DNA of 64,000 bases from the NCBI GenBank assembly GCA_904063045.1, contig CAJFCJ010000005.1:945988-1009987 (forward strand). The letters run 5' to 3'. The notes beneath the pieces are model-generated. The model was not told the origin of the DNA. It made no database searches and saw only the letters and a list, made by a program, of their open reading frames with translations. The translations under genes and the position numbers were made by a program. This DNA comes from Dimorphilus gyrociliatus (taxonomy: Eukaryota > Animalia > Annelida). How positions within the stretch are numbered: position 1 is the stretch's first letter; each line of letters opens with the position of its first letter. Of the stretch, positions 1-14,854 are shown piece by piece.

Positions 1-3000
1 GTTGCCGCTTTTGACAATTATGTCAGATTAATGCAATCTAAATTTGTGGAGATGAACTCGAGATATACGAACTTGATGAAAATCTTCAAAAATTTCACGA
101 TAGGGAGCCTGCAACAAGTTGATTTACATAAAATTGACGACGAGTTACCCGACTTTGAAGAGGAGAGTCCCATTTTGGATACGAATCGAATTATATTCGA
201 TAGGTTTTCTGATGCTGAACTCAGGGAGAAGAAGGCTGTATTAGAAAAAGAGGCTTTCGAGTTATCTTCCTACTGTAAACTCAATCAGGAAGTCATTTCT
301 ACGTTGATGACCATTTGCCAAAGGTGAGTAAGATTTCTTTAGTCTCTCTATCGGATTAGAATTTTAGAAAAGAGAATTTACTAGCTGAGTAATTAGCTCT
401 GTTACGGAAAATTAATTAAATAATTTCTCCTTGTCTAAATAGAACACAAAAAGGATAAATGTGTCTTTTTTTTGAGGTAGAAGAAACATTTCATATATTT
501 ATACTAATTACGAAATAATTGCAAAAAAGTAAAATGTCACGAGACATTCGCCTTCGACAATCAAAGGCAAAGAATAGAGATATATGTCATTTAAAAGCCA
601 TATCTATGGTATACTGAACTAAATATTGTACATGTATAATTTTCTGGTTAAGATGTATACATTACGTATAATACGGTCTATTGGTAAGAGAAAAAGTTTT
701 TATGGTAGCACTATTAAACGGTTCCCTCTCATCAAACGCAAACCTAAAATCGACCGAGTACAACTAGGGGTGCGGGGAATATTGAATAACCATTGAACTT
801 AATTTTTATTAATAGCAGAAAGCCACCTGTAAAAATTGCTTTCTGTTTCATTTATAAGCTTTTCTACAATGAAACAACAATTGCTATAGGTTAAAAATGC
901 AACAGACAATAATCCGATACGAGTCTTTAATGGTTTCAGACCACTCGTTCTAATGGTTGGAAGAACTTTTTAGTAAGCCTTTGAATTTTTGTTAGACAGT
1001 CGATCCTTATCTTACAGCCTATTAGAAAGATATACACGCAGAGCATTCGTCTAATTTAATCGATTATTTTTTCCATTCGTCTTTTCAATTCTAGGCTTTA
1101 TTAATTTAATTTTAAGCCAACAATTTCTTTATTTTTTTCACTCCTTGACCTTCTTGTCCCAGTTGAATTAACAATTTTCTATCAACTATTTAACAGTTTT
1201 TCTCCTACACATTGTATACAAAAAATTTTCATGAGTATAGATAAAAGAGTAGCTTCTTAAATATTTATCCTGATCTTCATTTTCTAGTGGATATTAAAGA
1301 GCGTAACACAAATTTACATGATTCATAAATGTTTATCTAAATAATGACAATCTAAATTATTGTGCAGGCCTACAAGGCCAAAGGAAAAAAAAATACTAAT
1401 TAAAACAAAGCACCCTAAAGCCGATTGAATTGGCAGTAAAGATGCTTTTCTATAGTTTCTTGAGTTTTGTTTGAAGATTCTGTAAGTTTAAATTTAGGAG
1501 TTTAAAATTACTTTTTTCCTTTTTTTAGTAGTTTTGTTTTTTAATTTTTTTAATTTAAACTAAAAAAAATAAAAGCTAATTAAAAGAGAGAAAAGGAGGA
1601 GAAGATAGTAGAAAGGTTACTCTTTAAACATCAATAGAAAACTTACGTAATAGTATATAGTAAAGATTATTGTTTTCCTTTCATTCTTCGATTACTTTCA
1701 TAATAATCTATTGATTAATCCTTAGTAGTATACAATTTAACTATTTTACACTCTCCAACTATCTTCATACATGTATGCTATCATATTTTTCCCTTTGCAT
1801 ATATTTACCTGGACCACGATACATATAATTTACATTTAGTTTACTGTACTGATTTGTCTTACAAACAAGTAAGCCTGGATCATCGACAGAAGCAATTAGT
1901 CAATGGTGTAGGTGTATTTATATAAAAATCAGTAAAGCCAACAGATTGTTAGGCAGATTGTGACAATTATTGGTTTAACAAGTAATTTATTCTTATTGGA
2001 TTTTTTTCACAAAGATGAACCTGAATAGGAGAAATGATTGATGATTTATTAAATTTTTTCAAACAAATGCATTATCCATCCTGATTTCCTTAATACGTAC
2101 TATTATAGTATTATTATTATAACAGTATTACGTTGTTTTCTATTATATTCCTTTGAAATAATCAATATTCGAATATGTGTTGTACTAATTAAGAATGTTG
2201 GGAGAGAGGGAGAGAGAGAGAGTAGAGAAAAAGAGAGAAGAGAAGACAGATAGATAGACAGCTAGAGATGATAGGTATAAACCGCAACAGATTCAGTAAG
2301 GTGTATCACGTACACAATTGTAAGTCTATATTCAAATGCTTACGATAAAGGAAGATAGAGACAAAGAATAAAGGATAAATCTAGGCGAAATATTTCAATT
2401 CATTAAAAGAATCTAAAAAAGAAAAAAAATTTATTTTCGTTAAGTCTTATAAAAGAAATTTTCTTATTGATTAAAATATAATGCTTTATACATCGATCTG
2501 CAAATTATACTCCTTTCATACTCATCAGTTTCTAGGTGCAATTCATGTGTTTACTTCTTTGAAGTTTAGGTAAAAGCGTTCGCTTCTTGGGGCTAAAGGG
2601 AAATAGTTTCTTGACATTCGGTTTAACAGTAATGGATAGATAATAGGTCGATGCAAACCTTTATTAAAACAAACGATATACTTTATGAAAATATCATGTT
2701 ATTTTTTTGTAACGGATAAAGGAATACTTTTAAATGTCTCCTATCTTATTACTTATGACTTGAAAGATTAAAATTATCAACTTTAATCATATTCCACCGA
2801 GATTAGCCTTTGAAAGAAAAACTCTACGCTAACAACAACGAAAAGGAGCTTATTTTTTTTTCTTTCCATTCTTTGCCTTTGTCTGAAAAATAGATTAGTG
2901 GTATATATATATATATATATGTATGTATAAGAAAACCATGCCTCTCTCTTATTCTTTCCTCCTCTTACATCTCATATAGCTAATTCCAATACAGATGATT

Positions 3001-6000
3001 ATAGTAGCAGGGTAGTTCATATTTATGAGGGGGAGGGGAAAGGATGAGGACTAGATTCAATTATCAAATCAACTTAACAATTTATAGGCCTAAAGTATTT
3101 TACAATGCACATGAGAAACATGTGTATAGGAGCGCACCAATTTAAAGTGCGGAGTATATAAATCGTATGTTAGGTACATACCCATCGTCAATACCTGTAA
3201 ATCGTTGTCACCAACAGAAATCTCTCAAATCAATTGTACAGTAAAGTCTATGAAACTCAGGAGGATTTGTGTAGAAAGCGGAACGAAGTTCGATTTGCTG
3301 AAATTCAATTAGCAGTTGTAAAAGATCAAGTTGAACGTCTATCTTTGGATAGGAGGGACGGAGGTGAATCAGACGGTTCTAGTGCATCAAGCGGAAGTGG
3401 GATGGATAAACAACGAAAGCAAAGCATCACTGCTATGTGGAAAAAAGCTATAAAATCTTTAGGAAAATCTGATAAAATCGGTAGAAAACAATCGTTGACT
3501 ACCGTTTTAAAGAGGGTTAAATCGATCGAAAGGAGAGACAGTAAAGATAATGAAAATATTGGTAAGTAAATACTAATGAAATAGGAGTCGAGTTAATAAA
3601 ATAGACAGTTATTAGGTCAATATATAGGTTTGAACTTATTGACCCAGTTTCCATTCGTTCCATAAGATTATTATGAATAATTAATAATCGTATGTTTTAC
3701 TTATACTTTTAGCGATTAGGTTAAGGGAAATTGCAATTATTTTAGATAATTAATAGAATCGAATAAAGAAAAAAAAACAGTTGTTTTAATAGTCAATGCA
3801 TGTACAGTATCGATAACAATAATTCTAATTATATTATGATTTATGATTATAATTAAAAAACAAGCCTTAGATCTAGAACAAACAACTTGTTTGTTTAGGG
3901 TTTTCTATATAATATTCTTTTTTTTTTATTATTTATTAGTGTTTTTTTGTTGTTGATTCTATTCCTCCTTTTCTTTCTCTCTCTCTCTCTCTTTTTGGTT
4001 CTTCTATCCGCTTCTTCTCTCCTTTTATAATATGTAATACTTTTTTGTCCTTTATTTATTGAATTATAAAAGTTTTGCGGTTTTTTGCAGAAGATCCAGT
4101 TTATACACTCCTTAAATCGGCTTCTGAGATTCCGAAACAATCTAGGGAATCTGAATCACCTGTTTCAGGTAAGTATAGTCGTCCAATTCTTTTTATTTGT
4201 TTACTGTATACTGTTCATATATAATGTAGTATATAGTATTTAGTAACGCCTTTTTTAACCCGGCCGCGACCATTCTCGATCGGACCAGTTCAATAGTGGC
4301 ACAAACGGTGCGTGTCAATAATTTATGCATGTAGGGCGTCGTCTGCTATATAGTATCGTTTTCGATAATCAAATTAATCGAACTCGATCATTTTTTACAT
4401 TTCTTTTCTTTCACTTATATATTTTATTTAATCATTTTTTTTATGTTTCTTTTTTTTTTCATTTTCTAAGTTTGTTGTATTCTCAATGTCCATAATTATC
4501 AGTCTGATTGTAAAGGTGTGCAGTGATTGGCCAAAGTTAGCCCTTTTCAAAATTTATATCTTTCCGTTTTCTCTTTACGTATTAACTAATTAGTTATTAA
4601 GAAGTTTAATACGTACCTGAAAAACCTAACCATCGCTAGAGTATCAAATTTACATGGTGTATGGTTAATAATTGTATAGAATATATGGTATATATATGTA
4701 CATTGCGTAAAAATGTATACAAATGGCAATAGTGGGAGTGGGAGGGCGAGGGTGGAAGAATGTACTTAATAAAAATACATAATTTATACTTAATATACTC
4801 TATATATACATATATATATTGATATATCAGCCAATTGATATAAATTTTCAAAAGTGTCTTATTATTCTGTCTGGGAAAAAAGATAAGAAACACAAGAAAT
4901 ATTACCTAATGAATATTCATGATAATCAATACTTGTTACCAGAAATTTGTTTTTTTTTCCTCATTATCAAACGTAGAAAAGAATGATGTAAATTATCTGA
5001 CAATTATATATTTATACAGCGAGGAGGAAGAGTATAAATTAGGATTTCTCTTCTTTCCTTTCAGTTGAATTCATTTTTAAAAAGAAGGAAAAAAGAAAAG
5101 TTAAAATAGTTTACTAAATAATTAGCATATTTATTCATTCAAATGACAAGTTTCTGTTTTGTATCAGCTATTTAATTTAGTACTGCAATTTCCTTACCTT
5201 ATTGAAGAAATGACAATATCGCTCCAGGCAAATTTTATTTGAATTGACATGGTACACAATGCAAAGCATTATTGAAAGAATAATTTACTAGCAACAATAT
5301 AGGCTAAAGGCGCTATTATGATTATTATGATTATTATTATTATTATTATTATTTTAATATTTTTTTCTTAATCTTTAGTATTGACATTATTGCTTTAGTT
5401 TGTAGGTCATAAAGTCAGATAAATTTATATCACAACGCCAAATGTACAAACAAATTACAAACATTAATAGTTAATATATGAAAATTAAATCATTTTGTAT
5501 TAAAGAGCCATTTATTGTTCAAATTTCATGCGTATTCAAGTATTTTTAATGAGATTAGACAATTGTTTGAGTCTTTTTTTCATATTATTATTAGTCCTTA
5601 TCTATCTCTAACTATCTCTATATCTGTGTTTGGTCACACTCTGTTTCTATCTCTATCACTTTCTCTTTCACTTTCTGAATATCCAAGTATACAAGCAACA
5701 ATCAAAATAAATTCACATCAGATATCATTCTTTAATTAAAAAATAAAATATAGCATTAAAAGAAACAACTTAAACTAATAGATTTGTATTTTAAGGTATT
5801 CACTGGAAATGATGTATTGAATAGCTATGTGATTTAATATATGTATGTCATGTCTATCATACTTTTCAATTAATAAATATTAGGTATATATAGGAACAAT
5901 GAATAGCTTATATAGAAATATGTGTGATAAATGTTTGTCAGTGCGCGTGTGTATGTATGTATGTATGTATGTATGTTTATACGAGGCTATATTTGTTCGC

Positions 6001-8692
6001 AAGAAAATGTATAATACGTGTTATAGCTCTATTGCAGATTGAGTAAATAAAGTTTGCAGATACTGAATAGTCTGGATGAGTTTTTACAAAAGTATATAAT
6101 ATGAATCAATAATAGAATGAAGGAAAAACAGATACGAATGTATAGCTGTACAAAAGGAGAAAAAGATTCTCTATCTATATAAAAACTTTTTCTCTCATTT
6201 ATCTTTAAAGATTGATTTACCTTTAAGAAAAATCGATTTAACTCTTTCTCCCTCCCTATTTTTACACTTATCTATTAGATATTTTTGATTTATATAAATA
6301 GATTACAGCCAGTGAATTCCTTAAAAAGAAATCAATAATTTCAGTATAAATCTATTAAGTTTTACAAAAGTAACAATTTATCATTTAAAATCCAGAAAGT
6401 ACTAAGCATAGAAAGCTATAAACAAATACATATATATATATATATATATATATGTATTTTCCAGAAATAGAAATATTTATCAATAATATCCACATATAAA
6501 AAAAGCACATCATTCACAATTGTCTACAACAACAAACGCATCACAAGCACAACACACGCAAGAAAAAGCATCTTGTAACACGCAGAAACCAAAGAACTGC
6601 GTGATAATCAAAAATAAAAAAGAAAAAAATCCACTTTTCTTTTCTATAAGCTTATGAAAATTTGTTTATATCTTTTCTTTTATTATTTTCACAGATGCCA
6701 ACCGATCGAATAAGGAATCAAGACCTACTTAATCTTTTATAAACAAACAAAACTTCTTAAAAATACCAAAAAAACAAAAAACAAAACCAAAAACCACAAA
6801 CAAATATTATTTAATTAATAAAGTGAAAAGATTTTCCAAAATCTTCCAAACAAAACAAACAATCAATCAATAAAAACAAAAAACAAAAAAACAAAAAAAA
6901 AAACACCAATGATATCTTTTTCCAAAACATTCTTTTTTTTCAAAATATAAAGTTCTGGCCGAAAAACGAGCGAGATTGAAATCCAGTGGACAGCATAGCA
7001 GATCTTTGGAGAGTCCCAGACATCTTACCATTCGGGACGAAAGACCTAAACGGCATTCGGATCCGTCTCTTTCTCCTTTACAGCAAGGTCAAGGTCATGG
7101 CCATAGAGCCGCCTATTTGAAGCGTTGCTTTAGACTATCGCCTTTGCTGCATGACACTCTCGTTTCTGAAGGCAAACTTTTTTTTATTTATCTATTAGTT
7201 ATTCTATTCTTTACTGCAAAACATGTGTATTGAATTTCAACTCTAGTTTTCATCTTTATGTTTTCTCTTTTACTAAAACGAAGAGAGACGCTTTGTCCCC
7301 TAAAAAAAAGAACAAAAAGAGCTGCACGAAAAGTTTTGCTAACCTCTTTAACCTTCTTAAGTAACTTATTTCTAAAATCTAACATTAGAAAAGGCATTGT
7401 TTAACGTATGAATTTCAAATTTTCTCCCAGTTTTCAACGCTTATTGGTTCGCTTTTTGATTGAAAAAAAAGGAACAAACAACTGAACTTTTAGATAGAAA
7501 AACTTTATTTGAAGTGTCTTTTCTTTTCTGTTTCTGAAATATTTTTGAAAATATTTCTTTTTTTTATAAAAAAAAAGAAGAAAAGAAAAGAAAAGAAGGA
7601 ATAAAACGTAAATGTTCTTTTTTGCTGTTTCTTTTTTTTTAATTAAGAAATGAAAAAAATGAATAAAAAAACAAAAAAAAAAACATAACTTAAGTTATCC
7701 TTCTCTTTAGTATTCAATAACAAATTCATAGAACGCAGCAGATTTAAGGAAATATCTCTATATTTCAATATTAAGAATAGGTTTTCAATCACATATACGT
7801 TTTTAAATGGAGAAAAGAATCTATACACTTGTTTTTGCAGTTTATAGTTGTTTTCTTCTTATTTTTCTTTCTCTTCTCTCTCTTTCTCTTTCTCTCTACT
7901 TGTTTGTTATTATGTTATATTTATAGTTGTTTTTTTCTTCATGATTTAAATTTCAGCTTTTTTTATTATTTAGAATATGAATATGGTTAAGAATGTCATA
8001 ATCCTCCCCTTTTCCTTTTCAAAATCAGGGCAATATCTCAAAGCTAAAAGGATAAGCGAGCTAGGCAAACGCATATTCATTTCGTATAAATGTTATGTAA
8101 TTCTCTCTCTCTTTCCCTCTCTCTTTTTCACATTATCATTAATTTTTTCAACATCTCAAATATATTGAATATGAAATGAAAAAAGATAGGATCATAGAAA
8201 TCCATTTATCTTTTTTCATTCTATCATTAAAAATTCTTTCTTTCTGTCTTTCCCGTTTCAGCAAAGATATTAAGTCTTAACTTTAATTTTTCCATACACG
8301 AAACTTTTTTAATCTATCCTTCTTTATGGAATATCATCAAAATAATAACATTCTCGAGTTTCAGTAGAAATTTCTACCATTTTTCAAAGTTTTTACTTTT
8401 GAAAAAAAAACTACAGAAAAAAGTTTGTTAAATAAAAGAATAGCAAAAAAGTCATCTAAAAAGCTATCTACAATCGATTACTATTGTCAGCTTTGAATAC
8501 ATGAAAAACTATCATGTTCTAAAGATTTTATAGGCCTTTATGCAACCCAGCTATTTCATTAAGAAAAATAATCAGGATTGATGTATAGAAGGCACGAAGA
8601 GTAGAATAAAGTCTACTTTTTTCATTTTTATATTAATGAATGAGAGCAGATAGACAGAAAGTTTTAGGACTAATAATAATACATCATTGCAT

Positions 8693-8729
<37 letters not shown>

Positions 8730-11700
8730 AAATTATCTCTGATAACTGATCAGTGAAATCAATCAACAAATCTCTCTTTCTCCTACTTCTTCTTCCTCTT
8801 CTTCTTCTTTTTCAGACTTTTTCTTACTATTGTCAGCGCTCTTTCTTTTTGGCTTTTACAAGATTTTTTTGTTTTTTTGTAGAGGATTGGAACTTTTTTT
8901 TTTGTTTTTATTCTTCTTCACAAACAATTTTTCCACAATAGAAATTTATGTTTCTATTTATAAATTACATGAAGAGCACGATAGTTTTTGTCTTAAAAGG
9001 AAATATTTAGGAGAAATAGGGTCTTAAAACAATCATTTTAAATCATGTCCATTTTCATTATTTTCAGTGGGGGAAGGTCATCAGAATAGAAGACAACCGG
9101 TTCTCAGGAATCTACATTCTAGTGCTACCAAAAATCTGAGGGATCAGTTGAGATCATATGGCTTAAGCGTAGATGAATATAGTGAGATTGATGATACAGA
9201 TACTGCGGCATCGACAACTTCAAGATCACTTTTATCATTATCAACAAGAACAGCATCTACAGAATCTAAGGATAGTGGTAGAAATTCTGGTAGCATTCTC
9301 TCAACTGGTAATGTGGATAGACGCCAATTGAATATTATAAGTAAGTTTGCTATTTTTTGTTTTCTTTTTTAATATAAAAATCGAATAAGAAGAAAAGAGA
9401 AATATTCGATTACTTAATCAGTTAATCTCTAATTCAAAATTTAGGCCTACTAATTCGTTTTAGTGAATTTCTCTTGAAAATTTTTAATGAATTTTTAAAG
9501 AAAAAAATAAAAATACTATAAGGAAATGAGAAATTTCTTACAACCTCATACAAATTTTCATAATTGTCATATATCATTTTTTTATATGACCTTTGCAACA
9601 GCAATAGCAACAACAACAACAACAGCAATTATAATGATAATAATAGTAATAGTAATTTTAATAGTAATAAGAAAATTTCTAATAGCTATATTGATACTCT
9701 TTTCCTTCTCAGTTCAAAATGCGTTATGCATTGATATTATGATGTAAATAAGAAAGAAAGATTATTTATATTTTATCAATGTACACTATTATTTATTGTT
9801 TTTCATTATTCTGTTGTATTCTTTATCTCTCTCTTCTTTTTTATAACTTTTCTCTCTCTCTCTCTCTCTCTCTCTCATTCTATCTCTCTGTCTTTTCTTT
9901 CTCCCACTCCCACTCATTTTTTTTTTCAATCTAACTTTTTTCATTTACTTTATCTATATTCCTCTATCCACTTTGTTTTCTCTTCTTCTTTTCTTTTCTG
10001 TTTATAATGTACATATTTACACCAATACGTGTTTTTCTTAATTAAACAAAAAAGAGAATGGTTGATATAACATATTTTTCTATATTCACTAATTACTCAA
10101 CTTTAACTGTATAGTGCTTTGCTTATTTTACAATCTTATTTCAGGTGAGATTTACGAAAATTTCTCTGCAGAATTTTTCTAGATAAGCTTAATTAGCTTT
10201 TAGTAAACTTTTTCTAGACAATTCAGCCGATAAACGCTATCAACAACACTCGCATAATAAACGTAATTAACAATTCCTCTCTCTTCTTCCCTGTAGGAGC
10301 ATCGAGTAGAAGTAGAAGAGTGAGGTTTATGAAGGAGAGTAAAAGCCAATCACTTGATATGCCTTCCCAATCGCAAAAGGAACAATTTGAAATCACAGAC
10401 ATTCTATCAAACAGCTACCCAACAATTCCCTGCTCCCAAGGTAAGAAAGAACCTTCTCATTTCCAATATATACCCTTCTTCGTTAATTAAAACTAATGAA
10501 CTTTCAACCATTATCATCGATGTATTGAAACGTATGTCAACTATAACTAATTAGAAAAGAAAGTAAAGATGAAGAAACTTTTCCCTAATTTGCATTATCT
10601 ATACATTATCTATAATAATTTAAATATATATATAAACTGTATATATGTATTTTATGTCCGACGTCTATATGAAAAAAAAATATAGATTAACAGAACATTA
10701 CTCTATTACATTCCCTAATTATTCGTCTGTTGCCACAACAAGGAAGCGCCTGGGGGAATACGCTGCTTAACAATTTATACAGCTAATTATAACCTTAAAC
10801 ATAGAGATACAATTCTAAATTAGTTTTATTTTCATACCCAAACAACATTTTACTATTTTTTTCTTTTGAAACTTGAAACACGAATCCTAAATTATTCGAT
10901 TTTATCCTTTAAAATTGAAATAAAATGATACTATTGCCATACTTAGGAACTTTTAAAACATTTACAAAGAACATCCTGTGCTCGTCATAACTAGTTCATG
11001 CCTCTGTAAAGTCTCATATATATATACAGTATACAAGTATAGATAAATATACGATGATGCAAATTCAACGTAATCCATATAACAATAGGCTTATGTTTTG
11101 CTCTAGTTTGTTTGCAGTAAGATACTTCTTCTGTCGTTCCGTAATAAATTCTATTGTAAATGCTACGTTGAAAAAAAAAAACTATCAATTAATCCCTGGG
11201 ATAGATATAAGTAATATGGGGAGGGGGTGGAGGAGAATAGCCTTCTGTTCTAGACATTAAGAGCATAGTGGTCACACACATTGGTCCATTACACTCTTAA
11301 AGGTTGATATTTTTGGAAAATGACCCCTTATTCTATCGCATAAAGAAAGATAAAAAAAAGATATAAAACTAATGAATAAATGAAAAGTATAGATCAAGAG
11401 GAAGGGGAAAAAAATAAGCAAGAGTGTAAAATTTCCAATAATTAGATTTTATTCAAAAGAAAAGAGAGATGATTGAAAATAAATTGTTAATAAAAAAAAA
11501 CTATTTAACCCAGTTAAATGTTAAATATTTCATGAATAAAATATGTTAGTATGTATATATATAAATATATATACTGTATATACTGTATACCGTATATTTG
11601 TATTCATCCTCTCTTCTTTTTTATAATTATCTAACACTGTTGCTCTATAAGACCAGAATTTCAGAATAATATGTATACATATACAATGCTGCGTATGTCA

Positions 11701-14159
11701 ACAAAACGTTATTATCCCGATTCCACATGGAAGGAAATCTGTAATAAGATTCTAATAGATAAATGACAGTATATACCTAATTAAGCTGTCGTATAGATTA
11801 TAATTATCTAGCTTCTCTATTCTATCTATATAGAAATCTATATTTAAAAAATGGCGGTAAACACTTTTCACTTTATATGTATAGAGTAAAGTATTACAGC
11901 AATTCGATGACAATCGAAAGCTGTTAACTAGCATTAGGTTTTTATTCAACATTGCTTTTCGTATTTCCTCTACGTAATTGAGATTTTTTAACTTGTTGCT
12001 CCACCTACAGTAGTTTTTTTCTCTTTTTTTCTTGAATATATCATTCAATTCTTTATTATTAATTTAATTTTATCAATTTTAATTTCCTCTCCTTATCCGC
12101 ATTAGCCCGATTAAGCTAATATAAGGTACAGAAGGAAAGTAAACTATAGAGAGAGAGAGAGAGAGAGAGAGATAGTAGTAAAATAATAATAAATCAGCAA
12201 TTAAAATAATATTAATCTCATATTTTATTTGGAGAAAATAGATGTTCTATACAAAATTTTCGAGAAGAGAAATGGAGAGATGTGAATATTAAAGATAAAC
12301 GTTAGATAAAAGGATACGAAAGAAAAGAAAAGTTTTTTTAGTAAGAGCATTAATAGTTATAAGGAATGTATAGGGAGATACAAGTTAATCGATTATGATA
12401 AAGATATACTTTGGAGAGAAGGAGAATTCTTTATAATTCAATGATAAAAGTGTTACTAATTTATTTATTAGGTTTTTTGGCATTCTCTACCCAAATTCCA
12501 ACTAAATTTTACCTAAATATAGATTACAGTTAAATTTTTCATAGAAACAACCGTTCACTAACTACGAGACTAAAACAATGAACTATCCATTAATGTTCAT
12601 CATAAATAATTCATCAATCTCTATTGCAAGCTCAGCACTCTAGAAATAGTTTACTAGAAATACGCCAGATGGCATGGCTTAAATAAAAATATCTTTTAAT
12701 AGGTTTGAATGGTTTGCTCTTTTAATAAGTTGCGGTTTTTTGTTTAACACTTGAACAGATTGCGATAACTATTCAAATCGTAAAAAGTCAAGAAAACTAC
12801 AACGTGATAACCGAGTAACCTCTTTGGATTATTCTGAATTATCTGATTTATCACCAGACGCTCATCAATCACCATTCGATTATACAGCAACAACACACCA
12901 ACAAGATATTTGCCGCCAATTGCCGAGAATGGGCCACGTCTACCAATCAAAGTTGGAGACAATTTACTCATGGAGTACAACAGAAAGTATAGACAGCGTA
13001 GAGCACGAATCGCTTAAGGCGGGAACCCGTTATAGAAAATTGGGCTCTTCCAATACAGCTGAACCAAAACAATCAATAATGAAATCGCTACAAAACTATT
13101 TTACTGGTTTCTTTGCCAAACCAATAAGCCAAGATACGATTAATAGAAAGGATTCCATCTCAAATATTGACCCTCCAGAAAATCCCTTTCAGAGAACTAT
13201 ACCTGTTCCCTCCCGTCCAGAGAATAACTTTAGAAGAGAATCTCTTCACACTCCCGCCGTAACTATAACAGAGCCTGTTAACCCTTCTCCCCAAGAAGTT
13301 TTTCGCAGGAATCGGTCCGTTTCTAGTCCAAGAATTATTTTTCCAGGTGCTACATCCGCCAATCCAGGAGAGCTTCAGAGGAGAGAAATATCTACTGAAA
13401 GCGTAGAAAATGCACATAAAAAGGACGCAGTGAGTCAGTTGCGATCGAAAAAGGAGCCTAACTTAGATAGCTTCCAACTACAGAAAGCGCAATCGAACGT
13501 TCAAGCGAAGAAAAATCAAACTCCCGAAAGAGAATCACAAAAGAAAAGAGATGTTTTTAGTCGAGAAGAGAGGCTAGCAATGCGCGAATATTATGAAAAT
13601 GAAATGAAAAAAGAAACGAGACATAGACGTCAAAATTTCAGGAGTGGAAGGTCGTTTAGCGTAGAAATACCACCGCCAGAAGTTCACATTATCGAATTAG
13701 ATCCTAACGATCGTCACGCAAGCAATAGGCGTCGAGCATTTTCATCCAGAAAATCAGTCAGCCTCGAAGACCCGCCAAATCGTAAAATAAGTCGAATGCC
13801 GATATTAGATATATCACCGACCGAGGCTAAGAGAGTGCCTTCACACGGTCACAGAGAACGTAGACAGCGTTTCCGATCTCAACGAAGTAGGAGTGTCGAT
13901 GGTCAATTATCACCCAACACATCACCTAGTAGACCAACTACTCTTGAATTAAAACCAGGTCAAAAACAAACAAGATCAAGAAGTAATTAAAGTTTATATA
14001 CAAAAAACACTAACTAACATAACTAATTAATTTTCACTTTTTATTAAAGATCGCCAAAATAATAGAAAATGGGATAGGAATAAAAAACTGCTTGAATTGC
14101 ATGGAAGACGAAGCCAGTCTTTGGATTTACCTGATCCTGATCACTTTAAAGAAGGTTAA
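1..14159 (+). CDS. 5'-partial multi-exon gene: helical coiled-coil (F-BAR-extension/HR1-like) region followed by a long Ser/Arg-rich disordered tail
   Basis: Phase-consistent exons: <1-323 (donor gtgagt), 3218-3561, 4091-4168, 6953-7171 (GC donor), 9068-9340, 10297-10440, 12759-13958, 14050-14159 (TAA). The first two read ...LREKKAVLEKEAFELSSYCKLNQEVISTLMTICQR/NLSNQLYSKVYETQEDLCRKRNEVRFAEIQLAVVKDQVERL. The last exon (DRQNNRKW...RRSQSLDLPDPDHFKEG*) follows a 91-nt intron containing ctaac branch-like motifs. The family assignment is uncertain. Confidence 0.8.
6695..6732 (+). other. Candidate alternative terminal exon of gene 1 (DANRSNKESRPT*)
   Basis: Good acceptor ttttcacag at 6694, phase 1 matching the 4168 donor, 12 codons to TAA, AATAAA at about 6817. 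Confidence 0.4.
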
Positions 14160-14854
14160 AAACAGTAAAGAATAAAGAAAGAAAGAAGGAAATTTTACTA
14201 AAATGTTTTTTCGATTATTGTCTTTTCTTTTATTTTGATAAGCTTGTTAAAATTCCATACAAAAAGAATAATCTATATATATATATAAAGCGTGTAGATA
14301 TATGTACAATATGTATATAATGTATATCTATACGTTTGTTTATGTATTAAAAAAAACCTTGTATTTACTACGGTATGCTGTATACTGCACATAGCTGTAC
14401 GTATAATATACATTAATTATTTGTATAAAAATTGATGTTTTATTTATATATTAGTGCGAAAAGAACAAAAAAAAGAAAGTTATAAACTTTTTTGTATAGA
14501 GAGAGAGAGAGAGAGAGAGAGAGACAAAGAGAGAGAGAGGGAAAGAAAGAAAAAGTCAGAAGCTTTGATAAAATACTTTTTGTTTTGTTTTGTTTTTTTT
14601 TCCTTTTTAATTATTTAGAAAACTTTTTTTTTTTAATAAAAAAAAGAATCAAAAATATAAAATAAATACGACGTCAAAACGAAAAAATTATCTCTTTTAG
14701 AATTTTACAAAAAGAAAAACCATTTTTTATTATCTTTTAAAGCAAGGAAGCCAATTTTTTTCGACAACAAAGAAAATCTCCGATTTCTAAATATCTAAAA
14801 CATTGAACAATTCATTAGTTTCATAGTATTATATGCTTTTTCTTTGTTTAAATA

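Noticed and set aside
13959-13990. ORF-track stop at 13990 as the end of gene 1
   Set aside because: A 91-nt intron with a branch motif leads to an in-frame exon that repeats the SQSLD motif, so 14159 is preferred. Intron retention remains possible.
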